Assembly (NCBI GenBank): GCA_002269645.1
Contig: NIVC01000202.1
Span: 558,001-622,000 of the forward strand
DNA from: Macrostomum lignano
Lineage: Eukaryota
Direction of reading: 5' to 3'
DNA: 64,000 bases
The notes beneath the pieces were generated by a model that was not told the DNA's origin, ran no database searches, and saw only the letters and a list, made by a program, of their open reading frames with translations. Position numbers and translations under genes: made by a program. Numbering within the stretch: the stretch's first letter is position 1; each line of letters opens with the position of its first letter. Positions 13,082 to 26,962 of this stretch are shown here, in pieces.

Positions 13082-16000
13082 CCACAGTGTAGGTGAGGCT
13101 GCCCTGGCCCGTCAGACTGCAGGTGAAGTTGCCCAGCTGCAGCTCAGCCACCACACAGTAGCCAATAAGCGTGTCGGGCGTATCGAAGAATGCGTCGTCG
13201 TCATAGACGGACAGAGTCACTTGCTGTGCAGGGTAGTGGAAGGATTGGAGCACTTCGTTCCAGACCGGAGACATGCTATCTGCAATGTTCAGGAGCATAG
13301 ATCAGCTTTAATTTTACTCAAACTCAAGTTACAAGCATGAACCATTTAGGCAATGGTCTCCATGGAGTTCCCAGCCGTACTCACTCCATACAACTGTGGA
13401 GTTTTCGCCACAGTTGGGATCGTAGGCGGCTGCCACCACCAGCGGGTCCGGCAAGTCGTCAAAGTTGGTAACAATCAGGTTGCTTGCAGATTTAATAGTG
13501 ATGCTGAAGGTGCCTGACGGGGAAGGAAAAGTGTCAATTCAATCTACTACCCCTTGTCAACTAAGGGGTAGTAGCTAGCCTAGTGGTTAGAGCGTCGGAG
13601 TCACGACTGAAAGGTCGGGGGTTCGATTCCCGATCCAACTGGGAACAATTTGTGTCCTTGAAAAAGACACTTACTCGATCTGCATTGCTTCAGTTCACTC
13701 AGCTGTTAAATGGGTGCCAGCATTAGCTGGGGTAAATTGAGGGTGTGTGTGGCGACCCCCAAGCCCTTGCAGGACTGAACAGCCGTACGCAGCCTTCAGA
13801 TGCGCCTCGCAATAGCTGCGGCTGAGCTGTCGGTTGCACAGCTGCCTTAATTAACATTTATAGCTATTAATTTTAGATGATAGATTATAAGCAATGCAGG
13901 ATGTTTTACTATTTTTCTGTGTTAATCATAAACAATCATAAGAAAGTGACCTCGACTGAAAAGTATTTCTTTCAATTCTGGCGGTCATCATTAGTCTGCT
14001 GACCGACTTGAGCTGAAACTCACCTGCAGTGGCTGCTGTTACCGTATATTCCAATGTCCCTTTTATACTAAGCGCGCACCGGTAAGTGCCAGTCTTCAGA
14101 GTCCTAACGCAGTAGCCAAGTCTCTCCCGTCTGTAGTAGCTGCCGTCGTCATCAAAGACTTCGAATCTCACGTGACCGCTGGGGTAGCTGACTGGCAATA
14201 GGTGGTTCCACGTCGGGTAGGGTCTGTCTGCAAGTATATTGCATTGATTATTTTTATTCCATATTTGTGTTGTATCAATATTTAAGCTTGTATTGATGCT
14301 GTGCACGAGTCTTTAAGACCCATCTGACAGCATCTTTTGTTACCGTTGCCGTATGTAATGAAACAAGTCAATGTCGGCAAAAAATATAATGTTTGCATAC
14401 AAGGGGACGCATTACAGCTATCAATTGATTCTCTACTTAAGCTTACGCACACGACCGACACAACACTAGTTATCGATTCCAATATTATAACGATAAAATG
14501 TACATTAAGGTTATGCGAAGTCCTGTCCAAAAAATTGGACAAGGTGGTTGCAAGGACCACTGCCGTACAGTGCACTCTACTACAGATGTCCTTGGGTGGC
14601 TGCCTTGCCAACCATGATTCAGTAAATTCGAGTTCAGCATGTAAAAATGCCGTCGCTCGTCGTGGCATCCTTGATCACCAACCGGATGCTTTTGAGCAAG
14701 CTGAATCACCAATCAACTTATGTGCCGCTTGGAATCGTGTGTTAAAATGGTTTAGTTGTCCTTATACCGAACCTAAACAAAGAATACTCGTAGAATACGC
14801 TGTAGCCACGAATCCTACTCGTAGTTAGGGTTTAGTTTAGAACGATATTTCCCCACCTTCAGGTTTCACTTCAGGTGTTTCTTGCCCCTGCAAACGCGAT
14901 TGGCCCGTTTGCGTGCTCGCGTGTGCGTTTCTGCTCAAGGACCACTGTAGTTTAGCAGGACGTCAAACTCAAAGTCAAAGATAGTGTAATTTTTTGGAGG
15001 CCGATTTCCTGGAAAAATACACTGCGGAGATAGGAAGAAATCTTTTGCTTCGTCACAAAGTCACTGATTGCATTTAATCTTGGGCAGTGAAGGTTAACAT
15101 TCTTTTAATTTTGCATGCACAGCATGTTACTCATCTATTTTATATAGTTGTACAGCGAAAGTTTCATTTTCATATGTTTTATAAGCCAAGATTTGAAAAT
15201 GCTCACAAGTGGCATTAGCTTAACTTTTTGTTTGTTCCTTCTTGAATAAAGTATATATAATATAGATTGTTGCTACTCTTAAGCCATTATTGTAGATATA
15301 ATTCCATTTCAATGCATATTCGTTCCTACATACATGCATACAAAGTTATTGCGTACAATTTTGATTTTTCCCTATCTCCGCAGTGTACTTTTTCCAGGAA
15401 ATCGGCCTCCAAAAATTACACGATCTTTGAATTTTTGTCCTTGTGCCTGCTTTGTGTGAATGCTGAGGATGCTTCTTAGAAGGAGGGTCTTGCTACCTTG
15501 TCTTTCTATGTCTCTAACTGCCTTGAACACTTATGTTCGGCCAGGTGACTGAATTTTTACCGAAAAAAGTACATCATCTAGCTTGACTCACCATCAATCT
15601 TTGGTGTCTGCTGGATGAGCCGCCCAGCGCAGACTGGCGACGGAACGGCTCTCATGTAGGGGTCGGTGGCCTGACCATCTCCGGAATCGAGGTTCGGCAG
15701 ACCAGCAGCTGATGTAGCCTTGATTGTGTAGAAGCTCAGTGCGCTATCTGCCAGGTTAAAAGCAGAGTTTGAAAAGGCTCATTTGGATCTGGTTGCATTC
15801 TGCTTATTTTGTGTCAGGGTTTAAGTCCATAATTAGTTTTAACTGCTTACGAATTAAAACTGTAAAACTTACTATGTTGATAGAAACTGATGTAGCCTCT
15901 AACGCTGCTGTACCTCTCAATTTTGCACTGGCTGTATCCGTTTACATAGCTGCTCACAGTGCAGTCGCCAATGTAGTCATCGCTGTTGTGAGAGTCATAG

Positions 16001-16385
16001 TCATAGACAGAGAGAGTGAAACTTCCAGACTCCCAGTCCGGGCTGTTCGGACAGTTATGGTTCCAAATCGCCGCGTTTGTGCCGCATTTGTCTTCCAGGT
16101 GTCATCATAATACGGAGTTTAAGTGGCAAGTTTATAATAAATATAACGATTTCAATATTTGTTAGAGTGTACCAGTCTGCTATTAGTTAAGAAATAGAAC
16201 TTACCGTTGAGGTAAGGTGTCGTGCAAATCTCAGCGCCGCTCTTGGTTACCTTCACATAGGGATCTGAACCGGAGCCGCTGTCCGAGCATTCCAATTGGA
16301 ACCCGTTGACAATCACTAGAGCCGACTCTGCCAACGTGACAGCAGCGGGTGACAGGTGCAGCAGTGCGATGATGGCTAATAACAT
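13082..16385 (-). CDS. Secreted triple-C2-domain protein, paralog 2 (3' end unresolved)
   Basis: Exons on minus: 16385-16205, 16091-15873, 15747-15592, 14227-14024, 13513-13385, 13279-13082; all introns GT-AG and phase 1. Signal peptide MLLAIIALLHLSPAAVTLAES. C2-1: SDPYVKV...AAIWNHNC...VYDYDSHNSDDYIGDC. C2-2: YTIKATSAAGL..TDPYM...YPTWN...VFDDDG..LGYC. C2-3: VWNE...VYDDD..DTLIGYC..FTCSL.GQGSLTYTV. Without splicing at the last donor the frame stops immediately (TVGE*). Confidence 0.85.
13565..13845 (+). mobile_element. tRNA-derived CORE-type SINE, copy 3 (most complete), in intron 4 of paralog 2
   Basis: A box TAGCCTAGTGGTTAGAGC, B box GGTTCGATTCC, CORE-like segment, and the 3' part shared with copy 1. 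Confidence 0.88.
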
Positions 16386-17779
16386 TTCTATCTGAAATCG
16401 CTAGATTAGAGCTATTAGATTATTGCTTAGACGCGTAAGATACGTTGTCAATCTTATAGGTGTCAACAAAACTTAACCAAATTTTCCTTGAAAACAAAAC
16501 TTGACAAGTTTGCTGCTTCTTGTAAAAAGTAAAGGTCTACATATATACCTCTTGTAAAAGTAGGAATTGACAATCCTCAGTCTTGTGGATGCCTAGCCAA
16601 TGAGGGCACATCCGTGAGGCAAGCAAAGCGAAACTAAAAGCAAAGCAATTTCTTTCCATAAGTCCGTAAGAGAAGCTGGACTATCATTGAATAATTTAGG
16701 AGCCTATCTACTCTCAATGCCTCAATTTTGAGGTGGAGAAACTGAATTCCTATGTGGTGGCACGGGCTATGGCATGTGAAAATTAATGAGGAAAAAAGAA
16801 ACGAACTAAGTCCTTAGCTTTAGCAAAGTAGATAAAATGTCACTGCATGTTCTCAACGCTTCTAGTTAGCATTACCAATTTTTGGGTGAAACTTAGGTTG
16901 GCTTGGAGGCCTCCGGCAAAATTTTTTCAATGCCTACATTGTGTCGTCGCATCTTGAGAATACGTAATTAAGCTTTGCTAGACGTTGCTTCTAGGAGTTG
17001 CTTGCCAGAATCGCTTCCCCAGAAAAACATTGAAGAAGAATTGAAGAATACCGTTTGGTGAATTTTGAGTCGCTCCGTCTCTCTCCCGGCTTACTCAATC
17101 AAAGACTCAGATTGTCTAACAGTGCCTGAGAACACAATAAGACACCCAGTGAGACAGTGAGACTTGCTGCTTTTCTTTTAAGGAAAGTTTTGCACTAATG
17201 TAAGTTTCGTTAGTTTAATTATTGTCTTTTGCTCAACTTATATAGAATTTGTATACCAAAGCTTCTAAGTGGATAGCAATAAGAGCACGTAAACATACGT
17301 TTACTGTATAATCCATGTATTTCCTGGAAGCTTTAATGTTTGTCTTAGACTTCTGCCCAGCTAGTTAGCCTAACCAACCACTTTGAAAAGTTCTTAATGC
17401 GTAGAAATTCTTAAGGATGTGTCGTGTAAGATGAATAAGATTTGAAAATCAGACTTCTTCCTACCTGTCCAGCACTTTTTCACTTTATACAAACTTAAAT
17501 TTGTATACGCTAATGTAGAAAATCAGTTCGCCACGAGATGAAACACAGTCGGAATTCAAATTCTAACCCCAAAGAGAGAGTACTTTCAGTACATGTATGT
17601 ATATGCATTGTGTTGCTAGGTTGTACAGAACTCTGTCAAAAGTTATTTTCGTCCTCAGAACTGCAAACGACGCCGTAGTCCACTCGAGCACCGCGCCGAC
17701 GAAAACAAGCGAGTGCCACTACTTACGAGCGTATCCGCTAGCGACGTTGCTCCGGAAGAGCAACTCGAGGCCATTGTTG

Positions 17780-18878
17780 TAAAAAGTTCACTTTAGCACA
17801 CTAGAGAGAGAGTGGGAAAGAGAGAGGGAAAGAGAGAGAGAGAAAGAGAAGAGAGAGAGAATTGTCTAAACGCACGAACTCCCACTTCCAGACCTCAAGC
17901 CTGGGAACAGAATTCAGTGATCACTTACTGGTGCGGGCTCCTCTTCTTTGTCGGGCGGGTCAGTAGAGCTCGTCTCCTCAATATGATCTTTCTTCCGGAG
18001 TTGTCTTCTTGAATCCTAAAGTCGGCCGAGAATGAGAGCGTAACAGTTGAATCCGTCGACGGCAATGTATTCCTCGAGTTCAGTAATTCAATATATATAT
18101 TATATTCCTCATGTTCGAAATCAAAGATGCGCCGTAATACTCGTAATAAATCAACTCTATAACAATGACGAGGTCCTCCAGGAAGGGCGTCTTCTTCTAG
18201 TAATAACAGAATCTCAGAGTCGTGCGCCTTTATCTGTTACTCTAGGGTACCAAAATCAATCAATCAATAATCGACTAAGAGAATCGGAATCGGTCCGCAT
18301 ATCCTATCCAGTCCCTTGGGAATACGGAGGCCTCAAATTCAATAACTTAAAAAAATCAACTGATCAGTAACGGCCGGTAATAACACAGTTCTCAATAATC
18401 AAATAACAAAGACTCTGACAAAGGCTTACCAATTGGTATTTGTCTCCCTCAGAGATATGGCCTCGTTTGGCTGCTCTGGTAAAGCCCAAAAGCTCTTGAG
18501 GCCGCTCCGAGGCTGCTCCGAGTCTGAGGTTTCAGCTCGGGTTTTTCACTTGTATTCATGCAATTCATACACAATTTAAGTCGACCTTTGAGCCCAAACC
18601 GGTTTTATTGATGAGGTCAAGAAATTAATTTTGTCCTTTTACCGGTGGGGTTATTGAATAGAAAATGGTGAAACTTGGGTTGTATTCAGGTTAAAATTTA
18701 CCATATTTGGAAATAGATGTTGAGAACTGGTTTTTCGAACTATGGAATGATCAGTCGCTGTTTTCGTGATATTACTGGTATTACTAAAAATAGAGTATGA
18801 CGCATGCTATATTAAAATTTGTATTCGTAATTTTATCTTACTACTTCCAGTAGTCTACAATGTTTGGAGATCTCTACA
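17780..18878 (-). mobile_element. Solo LTR (family copy A), TSD GTTG
   Basis: Homologous to 19497-20420, 20710-21504 and 35550-36488. One terminus is TGTAGAGATCTCCAAACA; the other is decayed. Flanked by GTTG at 17776-17779 and 18879-18882. Confidence 0.8.
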
Positions 18879-19496
18879 GTTGACCAGTGTACGCCTGAGT
18901 GCGGCTTAACAGTCGCAGTCTCCATGCCGCTGTACTGTACAGGCGTGGCCACCGGCTGGCATTGCAGCGAGGCGACATTGCGGCCACCTACTGCGCCCTG
19001 ACACCAAAAGCATCCGATCAATTCCGCTTAACGGCCAGTTTCTACAATTCAACCGTCACTAACTTGGCTGATTGTAAGCTTGCTTAGACTGACCAGCAGG
19101 TATCTTGGCTGTTTAACAACCCTCCCATTGATCCTTCGGGTCTCTGCTGTCTACTCGGACTTTCATGGACTCTTTTTAGTCTCTGCTAAGCCCCTTCTCT
19201 TGTGTCCTTCGGGTCTGCTTTTCCCCTTTCTCCCCCTTTTATGGGTTGTTCCGGATCTGATAAACTCTTGTACCCCTATCATAGGTCTCTCGGGTCTCTC
19301 TCACCCGAGACCTACCAAGGGGGAGGAGAATTTCCTCCTGACATCTCTTCAAGGACCACTATGAATTCACTTCGTTATATAGGACGTAACACTCTCGATT
19401 CGTGTAAAAATAGTAGTCTAGTAGTCTTTGCATCTCTTTCGCTGCTATGGGTACAGAGCAACGCAGGCACACGAAATTCAGAAGCACGACTAAATA

Positions 19497-20420
19497 TGTA
19501 GAGATCTCCAAACATAGTAGACTATTAGAAGTAGTAAGATAAAAATATAATCACAAAGCTAAAAAACAAGCATGTGTTAAAAACTCTTTTTATAGTAATA
19601 CCAGTAATATCATGAAAACAGTGCTAGCAAGTGACCATCCTATTGTTCGAAAAACCAGCTTGTAACATCCATTTTTTTAATTTGGGAAATGTTAATCTGA
19701 ATGCAACCCAAGTCTCACCCTTTCTATTCAAGAAACCCTACCTTTACATAATCAAATTCGTTTCTTAAACTCATCAAAAAAACCGTTTGAGCTCAAGGTC
19801 GACTCAAATTGGGTATAAATATAAGTGAAAAATCCGTGCTAAAATCTCAGACTTGGAGCAGCCTTAGGAGGACTTAAGAATATCCAAGAACTACAAGGCT
19901 AAATCTCTGAGAGAATTAGATACCGCTCGGTAAGCCTTTGTTGTAGTCTTTGTTATTTGTTTATTGAGAGCTTTGTTATTGAGTTATTGAATTTTAGGCC
20001 TCTTTTTTCCTGCGGACCGATTCCCATGCTCTTAGAGGATTATTGATTTAATTGATTTTGGTACCCTAGAGTAACAGATAAGGGCACACGACTCCGATTC
20101 CGTTATTTCTAGAAAGAGACGCCCTCCATGGAGGACATTGCTATTGTTATAGAGTTAACTTTGTTATTAGGGCGCATCTCCGATTTTGATTGTTGATTTC
20201 GAAGAACACACTGACGATGATTGAATTGTTACGTTCATTATAGTGCTCTCATATTCGGCCGACTTCAGAATCGACATGGAGAACCCTCAGCGCGCGACTG
20301 CAATCTGAACTAAAAAGATGAGGAGCCCGCAACAGTAAGTGATCACTTAATTCTGTTCCCAGGCTTGAGGTCTGGAAGTGGGATTTTTCGAGTGACTGAT
20401 CACCACTCCTAAACTCTTCA
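19497..20420 (+). mobile_element. Solo LTR (copy B), TG...CA, TSD AATA
   Basis: Starts TGTAGAGATCTCC and ends AAACTCTTCA; AATA at 19493-19496 and 20421-20424; internal TATAAATA. Confidence 0.85.
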
Positions 20421-20709
20421 AATATTTGTTGCGCACCTTCTCAAATAAGAATCAAGTCTCCAACTTTCTGTTCTGGACCGACGAGAAATTCAACAATTCT
20501 GCCAGCAGCTCCGATTTTTTCCAAAAGCGCTATTTTTTCAATGAAACTCCGCAGGGATGAAGGACAGTGACCAAGGACTAACGAAGTCAGAGCTGATACA
20601 GACACATGTGGTCGACTTGTTGAAGAAATTCGGAGACTTGGCAAGGTCACACTGAGGCGCATGCAGTGCTGATTGGCTCACGGGGGTGTATTGAATAAAC
20701 TAGCGCTTG

Positions 20710-21504
20710 TGAAGAGTTTAAGAGTGGTGATCAGTCACTCGAAAACTCCCACTTCTAGACACTAGGGAACAAGTGCCGAAGTATATGCAAAATGAAATAA
20801 CTCTTACTGGAGCGACTCCTTATGTAACTTGTTAGTAGGCTGGCTTTCTGTGGTAAAGACGGCTGGCGTCAGTGAATTGTTGTCTCCGGGTGTCCTTCTT
20901 TATCTGTGGGTCGAGTCCTCGAGCTCGGAATTAACAATAGAACGTGCGCCCTAATGAACAATTGAATTCTCTGAGTTTCTGTAATAGGCCCTCCTGAAGG
21001 GCGTCTTCTTCCTTTGTTGCTACATTGACTTAAACAGAACGGATAACTTAAATCAATAAATAGATTTTCTAAGAATAAAACTAGGAGGCCTTTCTCAAAC
21101 GTTTCGACAATAAACGGCTCTTGTAAACTAAATCAAAAACTTATTGATCATAGCAGCAACGAATAAATTCAGTTAAACTCTGAAGGACAGAGTTTCGTCC
21201 TTCAAAGAAAGGCCTTTTTCTTGTTCTTCAGAGTCTTCCTTGAGACCGCTCTGAGTTTGGACTTTTTACTCGGATTTTCACTTATATTTATAGTAAAATT
21301 TCGGGAAAATCCAGTTTAGAATCGGATATTTACTTAGATCATATCTAATCCTTGATCAAACAAATGTTGGTCCAACAAAGGGTTCTGAGTCACATCTGTT
21401 TACAGATGACTCATTCTAAAAATAGATTTCAAATTTAAACAGACTTTTCTTGGAATATTACTTAAAGGAGTACAACATTACGGTATGAATAGCAGTTCTC
21501 TACA
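20710..21504 (-). mobile_element. Solo LTR (copy D, more diverged), TSD CTTG
   Basis: TGAAGAGTTT...TTCTCTACA flanked by CTTG at 20706-20709 and 21505-21508; shares internal blocks (GGGCGTCTTCTTC, GCGCCCTAAT) with the other copies. Confidence 0.8.
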
Positions 21505-22920
21505 CTTGTTTATCCTCCAAGGCTGCGATCCAGATCGAATCACAATCTTATCAGGCCACAAACGCTAAGGTTTCTAATCCGAAACCTCTATACTTCGGAG
21601 CTAAATCCGACTTCCTGTGTAGTTTAGTTCAATATCGTTCGAAACGGAACTTCGAAGATCTAGAAAGATCTGAATCGCCAGCGGAACAATCCAAGACTGT
21701 CGTCACTGAAGCTGGCTTGTCCGTGAAGACTTTCACAATCGATCTGTATCAAGGTGACTAAAATGACGTAGTTATCGACTTTCCCAAAACGCTGAATCGA
21801 CGCTTCGTACATGACTCGATGCAGAGGCAGGTTGGCTATGGTCTTCATTGGCAATGCCGACTGTATCTACAGCAGTCCAGAGTGTCGTGCAGTCAGAGAG
21901 CTTCGAACGGATTCTCACAATGTCGCCATTCTGCTCGGAGGTTTGCGGAATTCATTCGTGCTTGCTTCCTTGTCATGCAGCTACCACACGATCTCCCAGG
22001 AGCATGAAAATTGCAAGTTCGTCGTTCCATTCGTTCATCTGTTGTGCAACCATAGCGATACAAAGTTTTGCTGCGAGCCAATCGGCATAGTGGTGAGTAG
22101 TAAATCAATGCAGTGCACTCGGAAAAGTCAAGCACATTGAGATCGAATGTTCCAGGCATTGTTGTAAAATTTATGCAACTGTCATTGAGCCGTTACCATT
22201 GCTAATCTGATTAACTGCGAAACAGCAAATACTTTGACTCTTCTGATTAAGTAAACTGACTCCGAAGTCAAGAGAAGCAAACATTCCGATCAATTTAAGT
22301 AGTTTCCGTGTAAGCATTTCCATGCTATTATAGATGGAAGATATCAGCATGCATTAGAAGATCTGTGCAAACTTTAGCAATGTTAGTGATGTACGCAACA
22401 GATCTGGAGTCGCAAGAAATACGCAAACAAGTAGCTCGTAGAGCGAAAAGGTTTAAACTTCACGTAGTTGAACTTACCCATTAGCCTACCTGCACTCGAC
22501 GTCTTAATTCGATTTCTAAGGTACATCACCAAAAAATTTATGAAAAATGTATCGCACTTCAACTGAACTCTGACGAGTACAAAGGGCTAGCTACCTAATT
22601 TTTTTAAATGCACGAATTCCTATTGATAACAGTGTACCTGTGTGATTCCCTGACTTTCAACGCATCAGACAAGCGCTCTCTCTGTGCCTCGGAGTATGAA
22701 TCATAGAAAAACTTTATCTTGAGTATGAATTGCACGAAAACTCTCGGCCAATCTGGCTTAAACTGCTACCTCTCAATTTTTTTCTGACACTGATCGGAGG
22801 GGGCACAAATACTACTTAATCTATAGTATTTTTCTACGTGCAGTTGGATGAAAAACGATGCACTTTATAACCCGTGCCGCTAAAAAGCCACTATAGAGTT
22901 TACTACTGAGTAAAACTCAC

Positions 22921-25900
22921 CCACAGTGTAGGTGAGGCTGCCCCCGCCCACCAAGCTGCAGGTGAAGGTGCCCGGCTGCAGATTAGCGACTACGCAGTAG
23001 CCGGCAAGCTGGTCAGGTGAGTTGATATTCGAGTCATCATCGTAGACCGACAGATTCACCTGCTGACCAGGGTAAAATCGGCTCTCCAGCATTTCATTCC
23101 AGATGGGGCTGACGCTGTCTGCAGTAGTGCAAGTAAAATATATGCTTTTGGCTTTAATATTTATTTTTTTCGCTATCATATTCAAAAACGGAGCAAGCTT
23201 GTATCAGATTTTTTTTCAATTGTACACAAAAATTAAGCAGGTAAAGTATTAGTTTTATAGTGCCGTGTTCTGCACTTTTGCGGTGCAAGGGGCGCCAGCA
23301 CCAAGGGGCGCCAGCACCAAGGGGCGCCAGCACCAAGGGGCGCCAGCACCAAGGGGCGCCAGCACCAAGGGGCGCCAGCACCAAGGGGCGCCAGCACCAA
23401 GGGGCGCCAGCACCAAGGGGCGCCAGCACCAAGGGGCGCCAGCACCAAGGGGCGCCAGCACCAAGGGGCGCCAGCACCAAGGGGCGCCAGCACCAAGGGG
23501 CGCCAGCACCAAGGGGCGCCAGCACCAAGGGGCGCCAGCACCAAGGGGCGCCAGCACCAAGGGGCGCCAGCACCAAGGGGCGCCAGCACCAAGGAGCGCC
23601 AGCACCAAGGGGCGCCAGCACCAAGGAGCGCCAGCACCAAGGGGCGCCAGCACCAAGGGGCGCCAGCACCAAGGGACGCCAGCACCAAAGGGGCGCCAGC
23701 ACCAAAGGGTGCCAGTATCAAGGGACGCCAGCCTTTGCGCTGCTATTACTCAGTGCAAACCCATTGTTTTCAGTTTAGCTTTGGCGTTTTTGGCCGCGGG
23801 GGGAGCTGATTGGCTGGGCTAGGTAGCTGGCTCAGTTTTTTTTCTTTCTCCTCGTGGTGTGATTGGCTGGGGTGGGATAGGGTCGGTTGGAAGGCGTTGT
23901 GGGGGAGGGCATGCATCTAAAGCGACCTATATTACACAGAACGCAATAAAGATAAAACAGACTCATGACTCACTCCAAACGGTGGTTGAAGCAGCTCCGC
24001 AGTCGGGATCATAAGTTGCTGCCACCACTAGCGTATTTGGTGAGTTGTAGTTAAGATACGCTAAGCCAGTGGCTGATCTTATCGTAATGTAGAATCGTCC
24101 TGTGATTCAAGAGTATGCGCGATTTTTAAGAAACTGTCCGGGACATTCTTTTTGAATTGAAAGAAAACTCAAGAGCTTTAGATCTTTCTCTTATTTAATA
24201 TCGCATTTCCTTCTTGCCCTGATTCAACATTATTTTGATATATCAAAATAAATTACCTTTAGCCATCCATTAAAATGGTCAATATACCATATAGCAGTCC
24301 AATAAGATACATGCAGTTTTAAAAGACGTAGCTTTCACCATTACTTCACGAGATGGACCTCTTTTACATAATAAAATAGTATCCCTGACTACTAAAAATA
24401 TGCTCTAAGTAGTCACACTGCTTAAGTTCTGCCGAATCTTACCAGTGATCTTTGCGATATCACTCAATTCTATTATTGACACAATCGAACATTGAACTCT
24501 CATATACAATACTCTAGGTACGCTCGTAGGTATGAACTTTTAACCAAACTTGCACCACTTGCAGGATTAGGTAAATGTCACCTGACTAATTAACAGTTGA
24601 ACTACCAAAGGGGTGGGGTTTCAAAAGCTGTTGAAGGTGCCGACGGCGTCAAGGTGATGACTGAATACTTGAGAGACTAGCTAAGGATGTCCAGCAGTTG
24701 AGATTTGCCCACTGTCGAGGCTTGTTCAGCGAAACTCGAGACATTTGCAACAGCGTGTCCATAGTCACCTGGTGTCATCTGTTGAAGGTTCAGAAGCTCC
24801 GCCTGGGTAAAAGAGAGGGGCCAACGAAGTCAGAGCTGATGCAGATGAAATTTGGAGGCTTGGCAAGGCTGGACTCAGGCGCAGTGCTGATTGGCGCAAG
24901 GGGTGTATTGAACACTTTAGCGCTTATAAAAAATCCGACCTTCTGGCAGAATCGTTGAATATCTCGACGGTCCGGAGGGCTGGCAACTTGATTATTGTTT
25001 GAGAAGATGGACAACAAAAAGTTAGCCCGTGTTCTTGCATTTCGTGTGCCTGCGTTGCTCCGTTCCGTCGCAGCAAAAAAGTGTCAGGGGTGCCCCTCCC
25101 CTGGTAAATGGACGGACGGAGAAAAGGCTTGGTATTTCTACTGCTAAGAGATTTCTCCACGTGAAAGCTGTTTTAATCCACGAGTTGCTTTGCTCACCGC
25201 CAGCAGCAGATGCAACTGCAGAGTATCTAAGGATACCCCAGACGCTGACAGCACAATTCTGGCTGCTTCCAACTGTCAGGTTTACGATGCAATAGCCCAT
25301 TGGGATCCTGTTGTAGGTGCCTCCGTTGTGAAGCACTTCAAAACGCACGTAACCGCTGGGGTAGCTCATCGACATGTTGTGGTTCCAGATCGGATCGTTA
25401 GAGTCTGAAATATGTTTCGTATATTGATTTCCTCTACTTCTTTGACAGATTAATTATGAGCAGTTCTTCAACGCCTTGTAAGGAGGCAGAAAGAAACCGC
25501 TTTTTTTCTGGATTTTAAACAATTTACTTTGTATAGTAGGAGTCTCCTGTTTTAGCGGTTCCATGCAAGCTGGTACGGGGGTGGCCCGCAGGTAGGAATC
25601 CGGGTTTTTACTGCCCCCAGAGTCCAGTATCGGCAGGCCAGTCGCAGATACTGCTGTAATCGTGTAGTAGCTCAGGAAGCTCTCTGTCAGTTAGTTAAAA
25701 AGATGGGGTGTCCATATTGTGTCAATAAACACTTATCTACAAAAACGTACAGTTGAATAGGTTTTACGATAAAATCTGAAAGCGGAACCAGAATTGAAAA
25801 CAAAACCTTGTAATTTTTCAATTGAGGATTATAGTCAAGGATCATAAAATTATTTTTCTTTTATAAATCCGCATTTGTGAATCCACAGAGTTTATTATGT

Positions 25901-26962
25901 GAAGTCGTCTTGTCCACTAAAAGGTTAATATCTTTATTTGATACAGTTTAAAGCAAGCTAACAAAGTACCTTCAAATAACCTTGGTCATTGTAAAGATGT
26001 AGAAGTGCGCAATAAGTATTAATGTGATAATGTTTTGATTTAATAGCTCACTTTGCTGGTAAAAGGAGATGTAGCCCCTAGTTTCACTGCCTCCAGATCT
26101 CTTCAGCTGACACTGACTAAATCCGTGCTCATAGCTGGTGACGGTGCACTCGCCAATCAGTGGATCGGGGCTTCCGTAGGCAGAATCATAGACAGAAATG
26201 GTGAAGTTTCCTGACTCCCAGTCAGGACTGTTCGGGCAATTGTGGTACCAGCTAGCCGGTCGTACATTACATTTCCCTGAGAAAAAAACATTGCGACACT
26301 TTATTTTAGGATTAAAGGGGATTTCAACTTGAGCACCAGGAATGGAGCCAGAAGTCTTAGACCAAGCCAACAGCACAGAGATATCCCAAACCATAGCTCC
26401 TCTCTCTGGTCGCTTGGACAACCATGAATTTGATCCAAGACGATTGCGGAAGTCGGGTTCCATTAATGGAGCTTTTAGCTGACAAGAAATCTGAGCTTTG
26501 CCAATTTTACCCCTGGTGCTCCAAAAAGGATCAGGACGAAACGTTTCGCATCCGTATTAGATTAGATTATCGACTGGCATTGCTTTGGTCCTGACTTCCT
26601 GATTCATTCCGATTTTTGACTTTTTAATAAGGTTATTATAAATGGTTCACAGTTTACAGAATAAGGTTGTTTTAATAAAGTTTAAAATAATTCACAACTA
26701 GAGTTATTTAATGTAGGAGATGCGCATCATATTTTCATTATTGAGCAAACATTTTGACAAGAAATAAATCACCTGTAATGTAGGCGGTCGAGCACAACAT
26801 TTGACCATTCTTAGTCACGTTTGCGTAGGGATCAGAAGTTGAGAAAGATCCATCGAGGCAGTCCAACTGCACTCCATTTAAAATTATCAGTGCTGACTCA
26901 ACTACCAACACAGTGGTCGACGAAGGTTGCAGCAGCACGATGACTGCCAACAATGGTAGCAT
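22921..26962 (-). CDS. Secreted triple-C2-domain protein, paralog 3 (3' end unresolved)
   Basis: Exons on minus: 26962-26773, 26276-26052, 25683-25528, 25404-25198, 24099-23974, 23118-22921; all GT-AG and phase 1. Signal peptide MLPLLAVIVLLQPSSTTVLVVES. Motifs SDPYANV, VYDSAYGSPDPLIGEC, YTITAVSATGL, NDPIWN, PIWNE, VYDDDSNINSPDQLAGYC..FTCSLVGGGSLTYTV. Confidence 0.85.
23285..23730. repeat. 16-bp minisatellite (CACCAAGGGGCGCCAG)n, about 27 copies, intron 5 of paralog 3
   Basis: Visible array; a one-base-longer relative of the 15-mer at 5460. Confidence 0.95.

Noticed and set aside
6822-13640. tRNA genes at 6822 and 13565
   Set aside because: A and B boxes are present, but they continue into a shared CORE-like body and lack a complete cloverleaf, so these are SINE heads.
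14337-14828. 163-aa antisense ORF in intron 3 of paralog 2
   Set aside because: TTG start, no recognisable motif; the weak FTESWL endonuclease-like match on the other strand does not extend.
21660-22159. Overlapping ORFs, one resembling a Gypsy gag fragment (EWNDELAIFMLLGD)
   Set aside because: Too short and stop-interrupted to call without a search, and the adjacent LTR has TSDs on both sides.
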